This document shows positions 54,466 through 64,000 of a stretch of DNA of 64,000 bases, in pieces. The DNA comes from Octopus sinensis (Eukaryota). The notes beneath the pieces were generated by a model. That model saw only the letters and a list, made by a program, of their open reading frames with translations. It made no database searches and was not told the DNA's origin. Where the stretch lies: contig NC_043011.1 in assembly GCF_006345805.1 (NCBI RefSeq), positions 64,058,464 through 64,122,463 on the forward strand, in the 5' to 3' direction. Position 1 is the stretch's first letter; the number at the start of each line of letters is the position of its first letter. Position numbers and translations under genes: made by a program.

Positions 54466-54518
54466 ATTTTAAATATATCCGTGATCAAATAAGTCTTTTG
54501 ACGCCTACAAATGACTAA
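54466..54518 (+). pseudogene. Candidate terminal exon for paralog D (DFKYIRDQISLLTPTND* in phase 1)
   Basis: Strong acceptor tttttatcttttcag, AATAAA at 54526-54531; connection to D unresolved. Confidence 0.35.
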
Positions 54519-56527
54519 ATTAACAAATAAAGATACAGTGGAGTACTTCACAGTATAACACATTGGTTCAAATATATTAGGAGAAAATACGTAGGGTACC
54601 GTAAATGAGTAAACAAAGAATTTGTTTTCCATACATACTGTATGGAAAACAAATCTCATGAAGCAAACAAGAGGAAACACGGGTACTCCTAAGAGTGTGC
54701 AGAGACATGTTTAAATATATCAAAATAATAAAATAAATATATACATGTTATGAAAATAATAAGAAAATATACAGCACAGTACTGATTCTATTTCGCGTAT
54801 TTTCACAAATCGCCGGTGTTTGGAATGTGATACCGGTGATAGTCGAGGGATTTATGTAGTACCATTTCTCTTACTCATCATTATAATTTTTCAAATATCG
54901 TCAATAAATGTCAGAAGATACCTCAACCAAATTTTTTTAACCTATGCTGGAATAAATTTTAGAACATTTTGGGGCAGCATTTATGTTTCCAGAAGTATAA
55001 AACAAAGATACTAAAAATGGTCTCCCGCAGTGACTTAATGTCATATTTTATGATTAACTGTTGTAATTAACACAGTTTATTAACGGTTAGCTTTCGCTCT
55101 CTCGACGAATTAAACACAACCACTCGTAATAAGATATTTAATAACGTTAAATTTAATAACGTTATACCTAATCATTTATTATCGCCGAAATTACATATTA
55201 GTGTAGCTTCCATATGCTCACACTGTCAACAAATTAATTTGTACTGATAGAATTAGACATCATCCACAAGATATTAGAATAACTACAACGACACTATCTG
55301 TTATTCTAGTAAAATACGGGATCAGCTTTGCATTTCTAATAACCTTCATGAAATCATGTAAGCGATATGATTTGTTTCTATAATTTATACATTTAATGGG
55401 TAAAATAATGTTGATAATTATCTGAAGAGTACCCAGTATTGCAGAAAATGACAGATCAATAATATCAATAGCACTGGTAGCATTGTAGTATACAGATTCT
55501 AATAACTATTAAGATAAATAGTTTGTAGTTAATGAAACAACAATGCAATTCATTTGCAATTACAAAGTTACATGATGCCGGGTATCTTTTAACTAATCAA
55601 GCTGTAACACAATTATGTAGATTAATTTGCATGAAATCCTCATCACCAAATCAGTTTCATTAACAACGGTTCTATTTTTCAAAGGTAAAAGTCGAATTGA
55701 TATTGGTTACCTCAGAGTTTAGTAAATTAATTTAATACACATTTCAATTTCAGTTATAAATAAAGATTTCCCTGCAGTAAATTCGCGTCGTCAGTTTCAT
55801 TATTTGGTTAAATTTACTTCATATTTTGTGTAGCAAAAATTTGAAATTTTACAAATACCATACCCGTAAACACCATCAAATGATCATTCTCAGTTGTAAA
55901 TGTGGAGAACTTGAATTTGCTATTTGATCGGGGATGCACGATGAACTTCATTCTATATGAGAGAGAAGGTACATCAACATGTTAAGCAAGCAGAAGAGAT
56001 TGAACGGGTTTTGAGAAGGCGGTTTTAAAATTTCCTATGTTAATCAACACTCTACGTTCCGTCAGATGGCTAACATGAGAGCCACTGAGTTAACTAGCCA
56101 TGTATCTAAACGTGAATTGATTGGTTTTGGAAAGGTGCATCTTTTATTTGCCGTATTTAACCTAAATATAATTTTAGAAAACCAAATAAATTGATTATAT
56201 AGAGAATAAATGTAAACAAACATAAGTCTATTCTAATTTGTTGTTGATAACCTAGATATATCTATAACCTAGATATTACTTATCATATAGGATATAATCT
56301 TGGAAATTAGTTAAAATTTATTTTATCGGATAATAAAATAAAATTAACATTTAAAACAAAAACAATATATCTGTGTTATAATTTTAAAATCAAATAAACA
56401 CAATTGATAGGAAATAACAAATATAAATAGGATATGCAATATTATATTATAAAATGGTTAAATTTTATTTCAATAATAATATCGAATATGAAACTTCATT
56501 ATCTGTCGGGAAATATAACGACTTTTA

Positions 56528-56730
56528 AGGCGGTGAGCTGGCAGAGACGTTAGCACGCTGGGCGAAGTGCTTCGCGGGATTTCGTCATTCTCTAGTTCTG
56601 AGTTCAAATTTCTCCGAGGTCGGATTTGCCTTTCATCCTTTCGGGGTAGATAAAGTAAGTACCTGTTGCGCACTGGGGTCGACTGATGCCCTTCCCAAAA
56701 TTTCAGGCCTTTTGCGTAGAGTAGAAAGAA
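56528..56730 (+). mobile_element. tRNA-derived SINE with GCCTTTCATCCTTTCGGGG..GATAAA..AGTACC central domain
   Basis: Related copies at 24290, 33497 and 59140; central domain resembles the Nin/Inv-type SINE core (from memory, unverified). Confidence 0.8.
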
Positions 56731-56989
56731 TATAACTACTTTTAATCCAAGCGGGAACAATAACCAGGCATGGGTATTAGCAGAAATAGAAATAATATAT
56801 AATACTCTACATTATGTTGTATCTTAATATATGCTTAATAATAGTAAAAATAATAGAGAGCATTGATATTCAAAAATTAACCAAATAATATGATACAGTT
56901 TATTACAAAATTTAGGAAACTATTCATTAAAAATTCAAGTATAATTAGTACCCCTTAAGTAAGGATTTGTTTCTTCATGACTGGGCTGA

Positions 56990-57650
56990 AAATTATGTCT
57001 CTCTTGGGGGTGCAAGTTCATGTAATTAACAGGGAGTACGAATACAGATCATCTCTCGTTGCTGGAGTGACTGCAACGTTAGATGTCGTGAAGTCAATCA
57101 TTTCAATAGGAGACAAGGCATATCAATCCCCTGACAAGAAAAGAAGTGTTCCCAAGGATCTGCGATCCCCATAAAGATATTGGATTGGTCTTATTCGAAT
57201 TCTGGAGAATTTCAAGTACTTCGGGAAAGTTTTCTCGAGTGATGTAAAGCAGGAGGCTGCATTAAGCGTTAGAATCACAAGATCTATTGCTTCACAATTG
57301 GTTGAAGAAAAGAAAAGAAGTGTAAAATCCAAAAACACAGTTTTGAATTAGGTACTCGCACGTACCATACCCTATGTTCATGAATCTTGACTAAGTCCGA
57401 CAGAATACGACGAGGAATATAAGCGGCTGATACGGTTTTCCCCCCAAACTGTCGCTGGAGTAACATAACACGATCGACAGGACAGCTGAGAATTCAGCGA
57501 CGTGCTCCAAGAAGAGCAGCTGCTTCAACAATTTCATAGAGCACAGGTAAAATATGTCTCGATAACGAATCACTGGATAGAATTTACGAGGGAAACAAGC
57601 CGGCCGGGTTTCCTGGCGTAGACTACAGGAATCAGGAATCGATAAAATCC
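56990..57650 (+). mobile_element. RTE-like LINE relic
   Basis: FKYFGKVFSSDVKQEAALSVRI; VAGVT.HDR. Confidence 0.6.
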
Positions 57651-58447
57651 ATGAGCTCGGTTACACGTTTTTAGAAAACTTGCTAAATCTTTTTTTCTGA
57701 CAAACAGTTTTTTCTGACAAGGCTAGACATTTGGTGCACCTGAAGACTCTGTTTCTACGCCTCTCCCATGATTAAGTGGTCACAGAAGATACACACACAC
57801 ATATAAAGAGAGGGAGGGAGAAAGAGAAAGAAAAAGATAGAGATAAATGAAAGAACAAGGATAAATATGTAGAAGTTAGTGATATTTTAGCATTCTGTAG
57901 AAGACAAAGAAGAAAACTCCGGGACCATGGTGGATTGTCGGCACCGAATGTTGTAAATTTTTCCCGTATCGGAGTACGATAGCTGAAAAATGTCAATCGT
58001 ATAGTCCATGGATAACAACAGGAGTTGTTGTATACGCAACTAAACTTCCCAAGATTAGGGAGTGGAGCAGATAGCATCATCCAGGCTACATATATTTCAT
58101 ACATGGTCGAATCTCGGAAGTAGCAAATTATCCAAACGAAGAGAGGCTGGGAACTTACACCTTATTCGGATTATTTACTACTTCTGAGGTTCCAACAGCT
58201 ATGAAACATATGTAACCTTGGTTATATCGATTCCGCTCCCCAATGAAGTAGTTTATTCGTTTTCCTGATCGTAAAAATATTAAGTAATTGTAATAATATT
58301 ATGATGTATCTATTTAAAATGCACCAAATGAAATGTTAATTTACGGCAACGTCAGTTTTTCTTAGCAAAAACATAAACGTCACAAAATATGCTAAGTAAA
58401 TTGCCCATATCGTAATTAAACGCATTTCTATTTGCAATGATGGTAAA

Positions 58448-58510
58448 CATCTGTTACAGTTATTAGTTAGTAAACAAAGCTATAAAACGTAGACATAATA
58501 CATTCAGTTT
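58448..58510 (+). promoter_or_regulatory. Paralog E core promoter candidate: CATCTGTTAC, TATAAAA (58481-58487), Inr-like TCAGTT (58504-58509)
   Basis: Motifs seen directly, in canonical order, 87 to 26 nt upstream of ATG. Confidence 0.55.
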
Positions 58511-58534
58511 GTACAGTTTTATAGATCGTAGAAG

Positions 58535-58571
58535 ATGAGAATTTATAGCTTCATTTGTTTGCTCGTTGTTG
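58535..58571 (+). CDS. Paralog E exon 1 (signal peptide MRIYSFICLLVV)
   Basis: ATG 58535, 37 nt, GTAAGT donor, phase 1. Confidence 0.85.
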
Positions 58572-58689
58572 GTAAGTTTTTAACACGAACTTCACTTTTA
58601 TTTTTGTATACTACGTTGTAATTAGTCTGCCTTGCAAGGTTATCAATACATATGTATGTGTATGCATTATATATACATACATACACACA

Positions 58690-58950
58690 CGAATGTGGTA
58701 GGGGGCTTCCTTCACAATCACGTGGTTCCGGGTTGAGTCCCCACTGCGTGGACACTTGGGCAAATGTTCTTTATTTACTATTGCCTTGAGCTTGACAATC
58801 GCTTGAAAATCGGTGTTAGTGTTTTTACATCCTCGTAACTTAGTTTCACGGGAAAAGTATCCAATAGAGTAAGTACCAGGGGGTTGATTCATTCAACTAA
58901 AACATTAAAGGTGGTAGGAGAGTATGGCCGCAGTCTAATGAGTGAGGCAA
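58690..58950 (+). mobile_element. Deleted SINE (9212 family)
   Basis: GGTTCCGGGTTGAGTCCCACTGCGTGG...ATGGCCGCAGTC. Confidence 0.7.
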
Positions 58951-59139
58951 GGAAAAGTAAAAATAAAAGACAACATACTGTAGAATAGTTTTCATCTATG
59001 TTGCGAAATTGAGACTAAAGTATTACTTGGAAGCACAAGAAATATGAATCTGCCGATGTATAACTTAATATCATGAGGATAAGATAAGTTCGTATATAAA
59101 TACTGTTTATATTATATATATTTCTCTTGCTGAATGAAT

Positions 59140-59270
59140 ACCTCTTATTCAAATTCCGCCGAGGTCGATGCCTTTCATCATTTGGGGGTTCATAAATTAA
59201 GTACCAGTTGTGATCTAATGGATGAGTCCCCTCCCCCAAAATGTCGGGCCTTGTGCCTAGGGGAGAAAAT
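59140..59270 (+). mobile_element. SINE fragment (56528 family)
   Basis: TTCAAATTCCGCCGAGGTCGA..GCCTTTCATC. Confidence 0.7.
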
Positions 59271-59369
59271 AATGTAGTGCCCTTTCATAGCAAAAATAGC
59301 TTCTGCTTAGCATAATTCATGATATATTGTACAACATCATGATTGGTTACTAGAAAGTGTGTAAACACG

Positions 59370-59446
59370 ATTTATATATGCATATGTTTTATTTATTATA
59401 TTATATGACCGAACGCACGTGTTGTTTTCTCTTCTCCAAATAAGTT

Positions 59447-59502
<56 letters not shown>

Positions 59503-59733
59503 GCAAGATTTTTTATGTGAAGTCGTGTGTTGAAACAAATATTGTTATATTTCGGAATGGTCATTTTGCCAGTTTAGCCAATAAAAACTCACGCACTATA
59601 TATTTGGTGTTACTTTGCTTCAGTGTTATTTATTTTTTACATTAATCTTAATCTTATTTCGGCCAGATAAATAAACAAATAGAAATAAATAACTATATAA
59701 GATTTTGATTTTTTTTAATTTAAAAGATTTTAA

Positions 59734-59818
<85 letters not shown>

Positions 59819-60349
59819 TAATAGTATTGTTGTTATACATACATACATACATACAAGCATACGTAATGATAGTAATAATAAGTGGATGTAAACACAGGAA
59901 CAAAATAAGAATAAACAAAAACAACAACAACAAAAACAAATTACATGAACGTATATAAACAGAAGATATAAATATTACAGGCATCCCCCCCACACACTAA
60001 ATAAACATAGACGCACATAGAGATACAAGCATGCGCAGATAAAGACATACAATAGAACTACAAAATGGCTGACGGTTAGTAAGGAGAGACACAAATAAGA
60101 TAGAAGAAAACAAAGGACCACTGATGCGGTCACAGGAGTGTGACGAAAGAACTCTGGGCGAAATAAGATTAAGATTAATGTAAAAAATATAAAATAAAAG
60201 AAATAAATAAGATCGTAGCAAAATGACACCAAATATATAGTGCGTGGGTTTTTATTGGCTACACTGGGAAAATGACCATTCCGAAACACAACAATATCTT
60301 TATCAACACACGACTTCACATAAAAATCTTGCACAACAAGTATATAAAC

Positions 60350-60350
<1 letters not shown>
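59370..60350 (+). mobile_element. End of 42166-family pLTR (59370-59455), then (TA)n, inverted fragment (59497-59667) and direct 3' end (59663-60350) of the 40005 PLE family
   Basis: Direct sequence matches to 42166-42240 and 40005-40510. Confidence 0.88.
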
Positions 60351-60392
<42 letters not shown>

Positions 60393-60417
60393 CATATATA
60401 TATATATACATACATAC

Positions 60418-60485
<68 letters not shown>

Positions 60486-61086
60486 TATATAGAAAGAGCT
60501 TCTACTGGACTAGAACGGTTTCATTCAAGAGAAATCTTCAGGAAGCTAGTTAACAAGAATTGTATTGGCATTTATACATTTAGGCAGGTTTATAGGGGTG
60601 GTGGTGGGGGACTTTTTGGGGGTAGGCATAGCGCAAAAAAATCATACTTGGGGGAGTGGTCAAGGAGTCAGTGGTAAATTAGATAGAAGAATAAATAAGA
60701 GAATAAAAAAAGAATAAAAAATATAAAAATATATAGAAGAATAGAGTTTTAGGTAAATATACACACACGCATCCATATATACACATAAGTGCACACATGC
60801 GTAAAAGTATACAAAAATCTATGCTTACACATACACACACACACACGCCACTCCTTATGTTCATACTTACATGCATACTCAAAGAATAAATAATAAAATA
60901 TATATACGTGCAGTTATTCATACATGCATACTCAAAAAATAATAAATAATATATAATAAATAATAAATAATAAATAATAAATATTAAGTATATATACGTG
61001 CAGTTACCTATTATACAGACGGATACATACATATAAACTTACACACACATATATATATACACATATATATATACACATATACATAC

Positions 61087-61123
<37 letters not shown>

Positions 61124-61196
61124 CTTACACACATGTACATATACATACACACACATACATATACATACACACATACATACACATATATATATACAC

Positions 61197-61228
<32 letters not shown>

Positions 61229-61378
61229 TATATATGTATATATATATGTGTATATATATATGTGTATGTATGTGTGTATGTATATGTATGTGTGTGTGTG
61301 TATATATGTATGTGTGTGTGTGTATGTGTGTATATGTATATATAGGTGTATGTATGTATGTGTATATGTATATACATG

Positions 61379-61423
<45 letters not shown>

Positions 61424-61467
61424 ATGTGTATGTGTGTGTATGTATATGTACATGTGTGTAAGTATGT

Positions 61468-61521
<54 letters not shown>

Positions 61522-61526
<5 letters not shown>

Positions 61527-61770
61527 TTATTGGTGAATTGAAGAAATGGAGCTGAACGCAGATTGAACAGAAATCGTTTTATTTCATTCTACACGTGTTT
61601 CGAAAGGCACAAATTACCAAATCCGATTGAATAATATGGTCAACAATATGGTCCCATTATTCAATCGGATTTTGGTAATTTGTGCCTTTCGAAACACGTG
61701 TAGAATGAAATAAAACGATTTCTGTTCAATCTGCGTTCAGCTCCATTTCTTCAATTCACCAATAATGTTT
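61522..61770. repeat. Near-perfect hairpin, 114/115-nt arms, 20-nt loop
   Basis: 61522-61635 versus 61656-61770; one indel seen. Confidence 0.95.
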
Positions 61771-61964
61771 TAATTTCAATTATCCGCACCAACGCACGGT
61801 TGCAACGCCAGATGGTTGTACCTCCAACCGTGCTGTTTACTGCTGTGATTTTTGCTACTAAGGTATCGGTTAAACTTTTGATTAATCTACTACAAGATTA
61901 TTCATCTTTCTATTTCACATAATATATATATATGTATATATATATGTATGTATATGTGTATATA

Positions 61965-62039
<75 letters not shown>

Positions 62040-62309
62040 AAGATTATATACGTATGTATCCGTCTGTATAATAGGTAACTGCACGTATATATACTTAATA
62101 TTTCTTATTTCTTATTTATTATTTATTATATATTATTTATTATTTTTTGAGTATGCATGTATGAATAACTGCACGTATATATATTTTATTACTTATTCTT
62201 TGAGTATGCATGTAAGTATGAACATAAGGAGTGGCGTGTGTGTGTGTGTATGTGTAAGCATAGATTTTTGTATACTTTTACGCATATGTGCACTTATGTG
62301 TATATATGG

Positions 62310-62626
62310 ATGCGTGTGTGTGTGTGTGTATGGGTACGCATGTATATGTGTATGTGCGTGTATGTGTATATGTGTATGGATGTGTGTGTGCATATATGTA
62401 TATGTATGTATGTATATGTATGTATGTGTATATATATATATATATATGTATGTATATGTATATGTGTATGTGTATGTATTTGTATGTGTATGCATGCGCG
62501 TATATGTATGTATATGTATACGTGTGGGTGTGTGTATGTGTGTATATATGTATGTATGTATGGGTGTATGTATGTATGTATGTATGCGGATATGTGTATA
62601 TGTATATGTATATGTATATATATGTA

Positions 62627-62669
<43 letters not shown>

Positions 62670-62670
62670 A

Positions 62671-62703
<33 letters not shown>

Positions 62704-62744
62704 GTGTATATATATGTATGTATGTATTCGTATGTAGGTGTATA

Positions 62745-62789
<45 letters not shown>

Positions 62790-62935
62790 ATACATACATA
62801 TATGTGTATATGTATATATGAGTATATAGGGACTTGTGTGTTGTGTGTGCATGTGTGTATGTGGATATGTGTGTGTATGTGTGTATGTGTATGTGTGTGT
62901 ATGTATATGTATATGCATGTATATGTGTATGTATG

Positions 62936-62968
<33 letters not shown>

Positions 62969-63085
62969 GTAGATATATGTATGTATATGTGTGTGTATAT
63001 ATATATATATATATGGGTGTGTGTGTATGTATGTGTGTATGTATATGTGTGTGTGTGTGTATATGTATACATATGTGTATAGGTA
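62310..63085. repeat. Complex (TG)/(TA)/(TATG) microsatellite
   Basis: Direct. Confidence 0.95.
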
Positions 63086-63313
63086 TAAGTGAGAATTTCC
63101 TTATTTACCTAAAACTCTATTCTTCTATATATTTTTATATTTTTTATTCTTTTTTTATTCTTTTATTTATTCTTCTATCTAATATACCACTGACTCCTTG
63201 ACCACTCCCCCAAGTATGATTTTTTTGCGCTATGCCTACCCCCAAAAAGTCCCACACCACCACCCTTATAAACCTGCCTAAATGTATAAATGCCAATACA
63301 ATTCTTGTTAACT

Positions 63314-63364
63314 AGCTTCCTGAAGATTTCTCTTGAATGAAACAGTTCTAGTCCCGTAGAAGCT
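63314..63364 (+). ncRNA. Type I hammerhead candidate with canonical core
   Basis: AGCUUC-CUGAAGA-uUUC ucuu GAAu-GAAAC...G-UA-GAAGCU; stems II and III imperfect. Confidence 0.55.
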
Positions 63365-63564
63365 CCTTCTATATAATAAATTAATTTTACTCTGCTATGT
63401 ATTGAGTACCTTATTTACTGTGGTTAACCCCGAATCAACCCGGGACCTACAAATATATATATATATATATACATACATGCATATATATATATCATTAAAT
63501 GTATATAACGTTCAATAAATTTAGTCATGAGATGAATAAGTAATATTTTACTCTTAAATTTTAG

Positions 63565-63664
63565 GTATGGTGACGGGAGACAATTGTACAAGGAAGGCGA
63601 AACTAGAATGTGATTTTCCTGAAATACTTTTCAAAGATTTCGCTCACGATGATCTATTTTGCAA
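63565..63664 (+). CDS. Paralog E exon 2 (G-MVTGDNCTRKAKLECDFPEILFKDFAHDDLFC); gene continues beyond the window
   Basis: aaattttag acceptor, 100 nt, phase 1->2, gtatat donor; conserved C-x7-C-x-F-P...D-x2-F-C. Confidence 0.9.
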
Positions 63665-63815
63665 GTATATATATATAGATAGTTTTTCTATATCTACTTA
63701 TGATTCCGCAATTAATAGCTGAGCAAATAGTCACTGACAAATATGTTGCCTTTCCTTTCACTCTGTGCCTCTGTAAATCATTGTGTCTGGTTTGATAATC
63801 TCTCCAGTCATAGGA

Positions 63816-63851
<36 letters not shown>

Positions 63852-63892
63852 TTTGAATAATCCGTAACAAGATAATTCATTTATCCATTTCA

Positions 63893-63935
<43 letters not shown>

Positions 63936-64000
63936 TATGCATGGTTTCATACAACGTATGTACCTATGTATGTATGCATGTAAGTATATCTGTGGGTGTG

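Larger units (their letters stand above)
60480..63381. mobile_element. 2.9-kb fold-back: inverted copies of a third pLTR-like family enclosing microsatellites and a nested hairpin
   Basis: 60480-61050 is reverse-complementary to 62035-62310 plus 63100-63381; hammerhead motifs at 60501-60549 (-) and 63314-63364 (+). Confidence 0.85.

Noticed and set aside
55894-55968. 75-nt open exon candidate
   Set aside because: Isolated, with no family similarity.
61948-63201. Long ORFs of up to 293 aa (also those at 1574, 5006, 14493, 15142, 31863, 36203 and 46265)
   Set aside because: Stop-free translations of microsatellites; no coding signal.

Overview
AT-rich, microsatellite-saturated animal genomic DNA, most likely octopus (inferred from the tRNA-derived SINE families and repeat landscape, not proven). 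Almost all ORFs in the supplied track are microsatellite artefacts or transposon debris. Main result, invisible to the ORF track because the exons are only 29-112 nt: a tandem, same-strand (+) cluster of five paralogous genes (A-E; A frameshifted, D probably dead, E runs off the window) for small secreted cysteine-rich proteins. They share a 37-nt signal-peptide exon 1 and splice phases (1,2,0). A, B, C and E share a 100-nt exon 2, and A, B and C share an 88-nt exon 3 (89 nt in A) and the framework C-x7-C-x16-C-x8-C-x7-C-x11-C. All five have a CATCTG E-box 75-87 nt upstream of the ATG. Second theme: the (TA)n tracts, mostly intronic, hold at least six different Penelope-like-element (PLE) pseudo-LTR or retrozyme-like repeats, mostly as direct+inverted pairs. 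These carry hammerhead-ribozyme-like motifs, including a U3-A8 covariant core. The rest is decayed PLE RT/GIY-YIG, R4/Dong, RTE, CR1-like, mariner/Tc1, hAT and SINE copies. All calls are by eye; no database searches were run.
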